64,000 bases of DNA from NCBI GenBank assembly GCA_963804995.1, contig CAWDSK010000005.1, positions 320,001 to 384,000 of the forward strand, read 5' to 3'. Made by a program: the position numbers and the translations under genes. Under the pieces are notes generated by a model. It ran no database searches. It saw only the letters and a list, made by a program, of their open reading frames with translations, and was not told the DNA's origin. This DNA comes from an uncultured Acidobacteriota bacterium. GTDB lineage: Bacteria > Acidobacteriota > Terriglobia > UBA7540. This document shows positions 27,520 to 36,634 of the stretch, in pieces; the stretch's first letter is position 1; every line of letters starts with the position of its first letter.

Positions 27520-30290
27520 CAAGACCTTCCGCCAGCAGTCTTCAGGAAATTGGAATACCAACTTGGCGGCGTGATGCCTTGCTGCTTCCTGGTCTGCTCA
27601 TCGCCGCCATAAATGATTTTCTTCCACTCCGCATCACTCCAGCGCCGGGTGGAACTGAATTCGAACCATGAATAAACAAAACCCACGGTAAGCCGCGTTC
27701 CGCCGGAAGCATCCTTGACCACCACGATGATCCTTTGGGGCGTGCCAATGCCCTCCTCCAGAACCTGGCCGCTTACGGCATCCGTAGCGACATCAGCGAT
27801 CAAAGCCATTTGCAGGAGGGATTGATCCTTGATGATGTCCGCGCCTCGAGGCAGCAACAGCGAACTGTCAAAACTGTTGGGCAGCTTTCTGATCCAGTCA
27901 TAGTTTTCGCGGCTGAGGGGGGCGCCGGAAACTTCCTGTTGCGCAATCTCTTCCGCTCGATGCGCGAGCCCTCTAAACAGTGTGAATTTATCCGCATATT
28001 CATCCGTGATAAAACCTGAACCCTTCAGCGACGCCAGCATCTGGTCAATTGATGCGGTCAGTTGATGGAAGAAGGCTGGATTGGGTTCGACGTATCCTTT
28101 GGGTTCCGGCGGGATGTAGGGAGGAATCTCAAATTCTCCACCTCCACCCATCTCTGCGGCGGACTGCTCGGCATAAAGGATGGTGTCGTGCTTGAGTTCT
28201 GTCCAGGCAGAGGCCGCGGTGTTCAGACTCTTGTCCTGCCAGGGATCTCCCAACGCAAACTTTTGCTTGCTGGAGGTGGGCTGAAAGAGGGTCTTGAGGC
28301 TGTACAAGCACTGGTCGTAAAAAGTTGAGCGCTTGGCCATCTGCTCTTCGGTAGCCCCCTTGAGCTTGGCAACTTGACTGTCATAGTTGGGCCATTTGTG
28401 TTCTTTTTGCGTCTTCTGCTGCAATTCCGTGGCAGCCTTTGAGCCAAGCAGCATCATCACGTCAAGCGCTGAGGGAAGATTGCGCGGATTCCGGTCGTCA
28501 CCCACGCTGGGAGAAGTCAGTTGATTCAGGATGAAAGCATCGAGCACATAGCGCTGGCCCATGAACTTCAATCCCGCCGTCTCGTGAAGGCGCTGCTCCT
28601 GGGTTAAGCCGGTTCCAGTTTGCACCGAAACAATCTGTGGTGCGGGGAGGTCGCTCCAAGCCGTGCGTTGGAAGGCCGCGAGGTTGTCGTCCGGATTCGC
28701 GCTGAGCTCGTGAAAAGCGGGGGCCTCCGTGCCGAAGACTTTGCGATTGACAGAGCGGTACCCGGCGAGCGTGTATTTATCCTGGCGGCCAATGAGATAC
28801 GTGACCAACGCGTCCAGGCTGTCGAACCGGCTTCCCTCGTGTGCTCCTTCCACTAAGTGCGGTAGTAAAATTGCAGCCAGCGTTTGGGTCTTGTCGGAGA
28901 GGAGAAAATTGTGGCGGCCGTACCACATCATGCCGCGAAAATATCTTTGTAACGCCTGGTTCTTCGCGTAATGCCCGCGGACCTTGTATTGCGTGAAGTC
29001 TTCTTTGCCGGGCCCCAGGAAGTTTTGGGTCGAGGGCAACTCGCCTCCCCCCGCGTTGATGCGCTCAAGCAATGCCGCAGCTTGCGGGCGAATGGCCGTA
29101 GGAACTGCGAACGAAGGGTCAAACAGTTTGGCCGCCACTGAAAAATAGACCAGATCACAAAGCAATGCCTCACGAAGAGCGGGCACAGACGGAGGCGCAG
29201 CCTGGAGCTCTTCTTCCGCAGTCTTGGCGAGCGCTTTGGATAGGCTCGAAACTGCCGGCAGGAACTTCTTTTCTTCGATGTCCTGGAGCATGCGATCAAA
29301 AATCAAATGATAACAGTGCAGAAAAAGATCCGAGGTCACGAAGAGTTGACCGCCACTGATGGGAACCATTGGTACGCTTCTGCCATGTCATCAAGTGTCA
29401 GGGACTTCTCCGGAGGCACAGGCTCGATGTAAAACCCGTTCTGGGATAGGCGTTGCCGGTCGACTTCCGAAAACTTCAAATCCGATTTGCGAATCCGCCT
29501 GGAGATCTCTTCCACCGTAACTTCCGACTGATTGACGGAGGCGAAGCTCAAGGGCTTCAAATCACTTCCCTGAATGAAGCCATAGCGCGGCGTCTCTGGA
29601 GCGTTGAAGCGCCCTTTGATCCAACTCTGCCCTTGGAAGTTGAGTTGGCCAACAGTTTCCACTACCTCTCCCTGCAAGATCGTCAGGACCGGCGGGCTGG
29701 CGGGGTCGGGAACCACATGTACTGAAGCGGCTTCCCCTACCGCCATGTAGCGATCGCTTTCGGCAGGGTCGAGCGGCGGCTCCAGCCACAACTTGCGGGC
29801 ATCCATGTAGCCTTTAACTTCCTTGTCATGGAAGTTGGCGCGGACGGCGATGCTGGCGGGCCGTGCCGGGTCGTATTTCCCCAACACGTTTTCACCGAAG
29901 TAAACACGCGGAAGCATGTAATCCACGCCCCGTTCCTGAAGAACACTATACGACAGGCTCTCCTCGGGAAGCTTGGCAGCGGGCGTGCTTCTCAGAAAGT
30001 CCACCTGGTATGTGACTACGTATGTTCGGTCGTGGCCCGCCGATTCTGGCGTTCCTCCGGGCGCGAGTGTGCCCAAGAAGTTGGCCACCTTATTGGGTAT
30101 CTCCTCGGGGTCCACCTCTTTGACGGTTTGCGGCGCGACTATCGGACTGATTGCTGTCCGCGCAGAGGATCGATTCGAAATGCGGGGTGCTAGTGGTTTT
30201 CGGTTTCCGCGTTGTGATATAGACCGTGCCGGAAATCACCAAGACGAGGAGAAACCCCGTCAGGATATAAATTAATTTGCCTTGTTTCAT
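27519..30290 (-). CDS. DUF3160 domain protein with N-terminal anchor and SH3-like region, split by two frameshifts (~29365, ~30200)
   Basis: FVTSDLFLH, EDFTQYKVRGHY, YFRGMMWYGR, WTELKHDTILYAEQS, GYVEPNP, IADVATD. Three overlapping ORFs read as one protein. Confidence 0.85.
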
Positions 30291-30359
30291 CGCGCTGCGC
30301 TCCTCGGTCCGAGGATGAAAATCAGGATGGGAATACGCTTGTCAATTCGTTCGACCTTC

Positions 30360-30433
30360 TGGTAGCGGGGGGAGGATCGAACTCCCGACCTAGGGATTAT
30401 GAGACCCTCGCTCTACCACTGAGCTACCCCGCC
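30360..30433 (-). tRNA. tRNA with CAT anticodon, probably elongator tRNA-Met
   Basis: Reverse complement GGCGGGGTAGCTCAGTGGTAGAGCGAGGGTCTCATAATCCCTAGGTCGGGAGTTCGATCCTCCCCCCGCTACCA. D and T loops, CCA end. The C-run looks one base short. Confidence 0.93.
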
Positions 30434-30547
30434 ACGGTTTTGCGAGTCAAACCCGCGCGCGACACCACTATAAATCATACTAGGGTATCCGGGCGCAAGA
30501 GGTCAAGAAAGGCGGTGGGGGTTCAATTTGATGTTATTGCGGCGAGT

Positions 30548-31540
30548 TTATCTCGTTAATAGGCGGCGCTTGGTGAGCGAGAGCAAAAGCTCAGCGAGGT
30601 GGCGCGAGTCGTGCCGCGCGACGCGATCTTCGTTGAGGAGTTCCGCGCACAGGGGTTTGACGCCCAGTTTGCGCACTTCGTCCAAGTCAAGCCGCACAGG
30701 TTCCGAGCGTTCGGCAGCGTAACGCTTCAGCACCGCGCGTGAAAGCGGCTGGGTGTTGAGAACAATGTGGTCAAAAATTTTATGCCCCGCGTGCTCAATC
30801 AGCGCGCGCACATGGTCGGCGGCAGAGTAGCCCCGCGATTCCCCCGGCTGCGTCATCAGATTGCAGACCAGCACCTTCACGGCCCGCGCCCGAGAGATTT
30901 CTTCGCGGATGCCGTGCACGAGCAGGTTGGGAACGAGCGAGGTATAAAGCGAGCCGGGGCCGAGCGTGATGAGGTCAGCCTCGCGAATCGCCGTCAGCGT
31001 TTCCGGCAGTGGCCGGCAGCGGCTGGGGACAATCTGCAATCGCCGGATGGGAACCCGCGTTTTGTTGATGCTGTGCTCGCCGCGAAGGACCACGCCATCC
31101 ACGCGCTCGGCCTTCAGGTGCACGTCGGAGAGCGTGGCGGGAAAAATTTCGCCGCGAATAGCCAGGACTTCGCTTGAGACGCGCACCGCTTTGGCGAAAT
31201 CATGAGTCAAGTGCGTGAGCGCCGCCAGAAAGAGGTTGCCCAGGCTGTGACCGCGCAGGCCGTGGCCGCTGGCGAAGCGGTAGTTGAAGAGTTTGGTGAG
31301 GAGTTGTTCGTCTTCGGCCAGCGCCACCATGCAGTTGCGGATGTCCCCGGGTGGCAGAATGCGGAAATCGCGGCGCAGGCGCCCGGAGCTTCCGCCCTCG
31401 TCGGTGACCGTAACGATGGCGGTGAGGCGAGCAATCTCCGGCCGAAACTGGGCGGGGCGCGCGGGCTCAACGACGTGGTGTTTGAGTCCTCGCAGGACCG
31501 TCGAAAGGCCCGTACCTCCGCCGATGGCGACGACTTTCAT
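30548..31540 (-). CDS. yvcK: YvcK/CofD-family gluconeogenesis factor (UDP-GlcNAc binding)
   Basis: VVAIGGGTGLS, TDEGGSSGRLR, PPGDIRNC, GHSLGNLFL, GPGSLYTS, NLMTQPGE. Confidence 0.92.
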   Translation of the reverse strand: MKVVAIGGGTGLSTVLRGLKHHVVEPARPAQFRPEIARLTAIVTVTDEGGSSGRLRRDFRILPPGDIRNCMVALAEDEQLLTKLFNYRFASGHGLRGHSLGNLFLAALTHLTHDFAKAVRVSSEVLAIRGEIFPATLSDVHLKAERVDGVVLRGEHSINKTRVPIRRLQIVPSRCRPLPETLTAIREADLITLGPGSLYTSLVPNLLVHGIREEISRARAVKVLVCNLMTQPGESRGYSAADHVRALIEHAGHKIFDHIVLNTQPLSRAVLKRYAAERSEPVRLDLDEVRKLGVKPLCAELLNEDRVARHDSRHLAELLLSLTKRRLLTR

Positions 31541-31672
31541 TGTGGGCTGCAACCTTTCAGGGTACCGGCAACCTGCCGAGACGTGAGGGGGGCCTGTCCG
31601 TGGCGAATCATGGCCAGAAGTGCCATGCACCTCCTTGGGGATAGTTCGGCGTGGCGGGGTTCAGCAGGAGGC

Positions 31673-32326
31673 CTAAGCGCCTGCCGCATAGATCAGACGC
31701 CGGAAGCGGGGATCAGCGGCCAGCCCGTGGAGGTCCTCATCACGACGCGCATGGAAGCGGTTTTCAGGACGCAGCGTGATGGCAGCTTCAAGGTGCTCGA
31801 TGGCAACGTCCACATTGCCCAGCAGCGCCTGCACGGCCGCCAAAGCGTAACGGATGTAGTCCTGGTTGGACTTAAGCTTGTCGGCCTTGCTCAGTTGCTC
31901 GATGGCAAGTTCCAGCTTGCGTTCGTTCAAAGAGGCAATGCCCAGCGTGTAGTAGTCTTCCGCCGACTTGGCCGGCACCGCACGGCCCGTTCTATGCCGG
32001 CACAGATGCAAGTGGACTCGCGCCCGTTCAGCCACCTCGCGCGTATCGCTTTTTACCAGCTTTTCGAAAATCTCTGCCGCCTTGCGATAATTGTGTTTTT
32101 GAAACGCCCGCACGGCGAGTTCGAAATTCTTAATCAGTGCTATGTATTGGGTGTCGATATGCCGCTTCTCTGGATTGACGGGGCGCAGGCGTTTGCTCCG
32201 AGCCTTGGCCCTGGAAATAGAGGTTGTCCGGGCGGGTGCGCGGTCACGTGATCTGGCCCCGGGGCGGGACGCGCTCCGGGATTGCACGCGAGTTATTCGG
32301 GATGTCGACTTCCGCGAAGTTGCCAA
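31673..32326 (-). CDS. Tetratricopeptide repeat protein with basic N-terminal tail
   Basis: TPR-like helices (YYTLGIASLN..AIEQL; AIEHLEAAITLRPENR..ARRDEDL). TTG start after a GAGGG RBS. Confidence 0.8.
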   Translation of the reverse strand: MATSRKSTSRITRVQSRSASRPGARSRDRAPARTTSISRAKARSKRLRPVNPEKRHIDTQYIALIKNFELAVRAFQKHNYRKAAEIFEKLVKSDTREVAERARVHLHLCRHRTGRAVPAKSAEDYYTLGIASLNERKLELAIEQLSKADKLKSNQDYIRYALAAVQALLGNVDVAIEHLEAAITLRPENRFHARRDEDLHGLAADPRFRRLIYAAGA

Positions 32327-32643
32327 GGTGTCCCTCTCTTTTGTTAAGCTACCTCTTTTCAATAACTTAGGCAATTTGTGGGGGTGCCCAGGAAAGCCAC
32401 CATCCAAACTGTCTAAGGTATGTATAACAAATATTGGTAGTTGGAGTCAAATCGTCATTTTCGTCCGGGAATTCACCAGGTTTGTGGCCATCTTCCCAGT
32501 GGTTTTCTTTGGGAGTCGAAGTCCTGATGGAATAACGCCATTTTGTTCGTCTATGAAAAATAGAAATCCATATTAAAGGTGACTCGGACCTCCGCGAATC
32601 GGTCCTCTATTGGTAACAAATGGGGACTATGGCCGCAGCAACC

Positions 32644-32793
32644 GTAGCGCGGTCCCCCGTTTTTTGGGGCCCGCGGTTCTTCATATGAAAAATCCGCAAA
32701 TCTAGGCCATGGGCGGCCGCTTCTTCGCCAGGATAAGTTCGCTCAAATGGCAAAGGAAGAACCGCGGACCTCAACAGCGGAGGTCCGCGCGAC
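32644..32793. repeat. GTAG REP-doublet (REPIN-like) element, copy 1
   Basis: GTAGCGCGGTCCCC-loop-GGGGCCCGCGG ... CGCGGACCTC-loop-GAGGTCCGCGCGAC. Similar to five other copies. Confidence 0.9.
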
Positions 32794-32799
32794 TCTCGC

Positions 32800-33360
32800 T
32801 CATTTCCGATTGGCTTTGCGTAGGGCGTCTATAAAATCTGGCGAGAATCCCCTCTTGGCAAGAATTGAGAGGATAAAGTCGCTCTTGCCTTCTATGTAGC
32901 TCGCAATGTCATGGGGGAACTCTCGGGCCAGCTTCGTTTTGAGGGCAGAGTATGTTGCAACATCTGACGGGTGGGCGCGCAGGTGGTCACGCAGCGCCAA
33001 GTGGTTGCGCAGCGCGAGACTTTCAGTCGGGCAAACGTAAAGATGGTGCGCCGGACTCCCGGGCGGATTGTCAAACGCTTCCCGGTCTTGAACCCCCAAA
33101 TCTCCGACGTGCGTATATCCGAGCTTCGCCAAGCGCGTCACGGCGAGCGGAATTTCCTGCCGCGAAGGGACGACGATGTCGATGTCGATGACGGGTTTGG
33201 CCGCCAGGCCCGGGACGGAGGTGCTTCCTACGTGCTCAATCCCCATGGCGAAATCACTGACACTCGGCCAGATACGTTCGCGCAGCCCGACAAAGAGATC
33301 CGGCCACTCTGGATCGTAGTCCACCACCTGAATGGTGCGAAGGGAGGTCGGCTGTTGCAC
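32800..33360 (-). CDS. GrpB family nucleotidyltransferase-fold protein
   Basis: YDPEWP, IEHVGSTSVPGLAAKPVIDIDI, HHLYV, RDHLR, YIEGKSDFI. Confidence 0.9.
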   Translation of the reverse strand: MQQPTSLRTIQVVDYDPEWPDLFVGLRERIWPSVSDFAMGIEHVGSTSVPGLAAKPVIDIDIVVPSRQEIPLAVTRLAKLGYTHVGDLGVQDREAFDNPPGSPAHHLYVCPTESLALRNHLALRDHLRAHPSDVATYSALKTKLAREFPHDIASYIEGKSDFILSILAKRGFSPDFIDALRKANRK

Positions 33361-33420
33361 GTCCTGAGGTTACCCCGGCGACGCAAGCTTGGTCAACCTG
33401 CGGTAGTGGGTCATTTTGCT

Positions 33421-33486
33421 GTAGAGGCGATCTCTGATCGACGAATTCACTGATTCTAAAAACCGGCGGTCGGAGACCGCTGCTAC
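33421..33486. repeat. Second GTAG REP-pair type
   Basis: GTAGAGGCGATCTCTGATCGACG ... CGGCGGTCGGAGACCGCTGCTAC, two hairpins in inverted arrangement. Confidence 0.6.
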
Positions 33487-33683
33487 AACAATCCAAATTG
33501 ACCCACTACCCAACCTGCAGTGTAGCACGCGTAGCGCGGTCCCCGTATTTGGGATCCGCGGTGCTTCATATGAAAGATCCACAAATCCTAAACCCGGGCG
33601 GCCACCCCACGCTGGTTTCTTCGCCACGGTACCTTCGCTCAGGGGGCGCACGAAGAACCGCGGACCTCAACGGCGGAGGTCCG

Positions 33684-35596
33684 GTGCGCCGGGATAAACC
33701 GGCAGAAAGCAGAGAATGAAAATTTCTCACGAGGAAGGAGCAGCGATCCACTCGGCCCCGAGTTTTGCGCTGGGCGTCGTGAGGCGCACGGTGAAGCGTA
33801 AACAGGGGAATAGGTGGGCTGGGTATTGAGCTTCGAAAATGTCCAATCAGGACGCCGACGTTTTCAGACTAAACGGAAGGCAACATGAGGCCGGGACGCC
33901 AACGCGAGTTCCGGCACAGTCCTGCGTAGTCGTAGACCCCAGACACGCCTAGACACTTTCTGCACGAGAACCGGGAGACCTCGGAGGCGCCGGCCGCCGT
34001 AGATCGTGGCCGGACGGCGGGAAAAGGCGATGGCCGTACAGCCCGCCTGCACGCTTTCGAGGAGTCGGACAGCGGAACAGTACCGATGAATCATTTGAAC
34101 AAAGACGGGAAGCCGTTGGCGGAGAATGAGGAGGGAAGGCCGCTGATCAAGGAGAACACCCGTTGGCCTAACACGCACCCGACACAGAGCGGGGCACGCG
34201 TGTCCCAGGGACTCGCGGGTGTGCGGAAAGCCGCGAAGGAACACAGGGAGATGAAGTTCACGGCCTTGCTCCACCACTTAACGGTCGATCTGCTGCGGGA
34301 AAGCTTTTACGCCTTGAAGCGAAAAGCTGCACCGGGAGTAGACGGCATGACGTGGCAGGAGTATGAAAGCGGGCTGGAAGGTCGACTCGTCGATCTGCAC
34401 AGCCGGGTCCACCGCGGAGCATTCCGAGCGAAGCCCTCGCGAAGGGCGTATATCCCGAAAGGCGACGGGCGGCAACGTCCGTTGGGGGTTGCGGCACTGG
34501 AGGACAAGATCGTCCAACAGGCCGTGGTCACCATCCTCAAGGCGATTTACGAGGAAGACTTTCTGGGCTTCTCGTATGGCTTTCGACCGGGATGCAGCCA
34601 GCATCAAGCGCTGGACGCGCTCTCGTACGCGCTCACGGTGAAGCACGTGAACTACGTTCTTGACGCGGACATTCGTGGATTTTTCGATTCGATATCCCAC
34701 GAATGGATGCTCAAGTTCGTGCAGCATCGCGTCGCCGACCCCCGGATTCTCCGGCTCATCCAGAAATGGCTGAAAGCCGGGGTGAGGGAGGAAGGCGAAT
34801 GGTCGGAGACGGAGATGGGTACGCCACAAGGGGCGGTGGTCTCGCCCCTGCTGGCGAATATCTATCTGCACTACGTCTTTGACCTGTGGGTGCAGGCGTG
34901 GCGCAAGAAGCACGCCCGGGGAGACGTGGTCGTGGTGCGGTATGCCGACGATACGGTCCTTGGATTCCAATCGCAGACGGAAGCCGACCGCTTTCTGGAG
35001 GATTTCCGGGAGCGGGTGGGGAAGTTTGGATTGGAACTGCATCCTGACAAAACGCGCCGGATCGAGTTCGGGCCGTTTGCCGAACTTTACCGGAAACGGA
35101 GAGGAGAAGGTAAGCCGGAGACGTTCGACTTTCTGGGCTTCACGCATATCAGCGGGAAGAACCGGAGGGGGCAATTTACCGTGAAGCGGAAGACGATCAG
35201 CAAGCGCCTGCGGGGGAAGTTGCAGGAACTCAAGCAACAACTCCGGCAGCGTCGGCACGATCCCATCGCGGATACGGGTAAATGGCTCCGGTCGGTCGTG
35301 CAAGGCTACTTCAACTATCACGCGGTACCGGGAAACCTCGACCGCCTGCGAATCTTTCGGGAACGGTTGACCCGACTGTGGCGAACACAACTGCGTCAAC
35401 GCAGTCAACGCCACCGCCTCAACTGGGACCGACTGGGGAAGCTTGCGGCCTGCTGGTTGCCTGCTCCGCACGTTGTGCATCCTTGGCCATCCCAACGGTT
35501 CGCCGCCACACATCCGAGATAAGAGCCGTATGCGCTAACCAGCGCACGTACGGATCCGTGCGGGGGGTACCGGGTAACCGGTATCCCTACCGCAAC
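33684..35596 (+). mobile_element. Group II intron (IIB-like, apparently full length)
   Basis: 5' GTGCG boundary. Domain V GAGCCGTATGCG..CGCACGTACGGATC at ~35523-35555, domain VI and AAC 3' end. RT ORF inside. Confidence 0.95.
34086..35522 (+). CDS. ltrA: Group II intron reverse transcriptase/maturase without En domain
   Basis: AAPGVDG, RPLGV, FSYGFRPG, DADIRGFFD, GTPQGAVVSPLLANIYLH, RYADD, FDFLGF, domain X GYFNYH. Start position is uncertain. Confidence 0.95.
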   Translation: MNHLNKDGKPLAENEEGRPLIKENTRWPNTHPTQSGARVSQGLAGVRKAAKEHREMKFTALLHHLTVDLLRESFYALKRKAAPGVDGMTWQEYESGLEGRLVDLHSRVHRGAFRAKPSRRAYIPKGDGRQRPLGVAALEDKIVQQAVVTILKAIYEEDFLGFSYGFRPGCSQHQALDALSYALTVKHVNYVLDADIRGFFDSISHEWMLKFVQHRVADPRILRLIQKWLKAGVREEGEWSETEMGTPQGAVVSPLLANIYLHYVFDLWVQAWRKKHARGDVVVVRYADDTVLGFQSQTEADRFLEDFRERVGKFGLELHPDKTRRIEFGPFAELYRKRRGEGKPETFDFLGFTHISGKNRRGQFTVKRKTISKRLRGKLQELKQQLRQRRHDPIADTGKWLRSVVQGYFNYHAVPGNLDRLRIFRERLTRLWRTQLRQRSQRHRLNWDRLGKLAACWLPAPHVVHPWPSQRFAATHPR

Positions 35597-35607
35597 CGCT
35601 ACCTTGG

Positions 35608-35787
35608 CTGGTCGTGCGGGAAGGATTGTGCGCGCTCATTAATCGGCGCGCCAATATGAAGGTGGTCGCCGATGTGGAAGGGACTGTCAAAGTTCACGTG
35701 AATCATATTCTGGACAAGTTGGGAGTCAACGGGCGTACCGCGGCCATTGTCGCAGCATTAGAACGTGCCCTCCTGCATCTCCGGTAA
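35608..35787 (+). pseudogene. NarL/LuxR response regulator remnant with internal deletion
   Basis: Receiver start LVVREGLCALINRRANMKVVA is fused in frame to the HTH end EGTVKVHVNHILDKLGVNGRTAAI. Confidence 0.75.
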
Positions 35788-35997
35788 ACGGGGTGTGCCC
35801 CTAGGTTTCCAACCGCCGCGGTTCGGAACCAGAAGTTGAGGGAGAGTGAGGGGGCGGCACCCTATGTCGAAGGTTATAGTGCCTTTATATCCTTGGGGCT
35901 AGTTCTCCATAGGTCTTCAGTCCAATTGATTATTACCTGCCTGTCGGCAAACAATAGGCACAATTGATATGCATTTCATATTGTTTAGGAGTTACCT

Positions 35998-36381
35998 ATG
36001 CGCCTTTCTACCTCTTGCCGAAGAGTCTTTTCTTCCGAGGACAAAAACGCTATCCGGAACGTCTTCACGTACCTGCGTTACGACCCGAACGACTCCATCG
36101 TGTCCGGACGAAACACCAAGGAACTCGGTGATATCCCTCACGACAGCTTCGACCGCGTGCTCTTCAATCTCTTCTGTGACGTTGAGCCCCCCAAACCCGG
36201 GTCCTCCAAAGTGACACAACTCCAGGGTATCTTGGTCGGGAGGGTCCTGGTTGTGGCAGGGGAAGTGCCCGACATCGACACACTTAATAATATCGAGCGA
36301 CGCTCTCAATCGCGACCATCACCCTTGGGTGTGGTCAGGGGGTTCTATGAGCGCCTATGTGCTTTCCCTTATAGCGGGTAG
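35998..36381 (+). CDS. Hypothetical protein, possibly a degenerate receiver-like domain
   Basis: 127-aa ORF with an AGGAG RBS. Segments SFDRVLFNL and RVLVVAGEV. Confidence 0.45.
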   Translation: MRLSTSCRRVFSSEDKNAIRNVFTYLRYDPNDSIVSGRNTKELGDIPHDSFDRVLFNLFCDVEPPKPGSSKVTQLQGILVGRVLVVAGEVPDIDTLNNIERRSQSRPSPLGVVRGFYERLCAFPYSG

Positions 36382-36455
36382 CCTGTCCTTTGGAAAACCC
36401 GCAAATCTCAAGTACCGGGGAACGTCAGCGGGCACGAAGAGTCGCGACCAGGTTC

Positions 36456-36606
36456 GTAGCGCGGTCCCCCGTTTTTTGATGGTCCGCGGCCCTTCAATTC
36501 AAAAATCCACAAATCCTAATTACGTGCGGCGGTTTCTTCGCCACAATACGTTCGCTCACGGGGCGCACGAAGAACCCCGGACCTCAACGGCGGAGGTCCG
36601 CGCTAC
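36456..36606. repeat. REPIN-like copy 3
   Basis: GTAGCGCGGTCCCC...GGACCTCAACGGCGGAGGTCCGCGCTAC. Confidence 0.9.
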
Positions 36607-36634
36607 ACTTCTTTCCGATTACGTGGCGGATTAA

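Larger units (their letters stand above)
33531..35602. repeat. REPIN-like copy 2, interrupted by a group II intron (33531-33683 + 35597-35602)
   Basis: Removing 33684-35596 restores GGAGGTCCG|CGCTAC, the same end as the copy at 36456-36606. Confidence 0.9.

Noticed and set aside
26614..30433. tRNA-anchored genomic island
   Set aside because: No integrase and no duplicated tRNA 3' end were found in the window.
34278..35513. 411-aa antisense ORF within the intron, and other long antisense ORFs (for example 31202-32251, 56284-57255, 59719-60666)
   Set aside because: These are shadow ORFs typical of high-GC coding strands, with no recognisable motifs.
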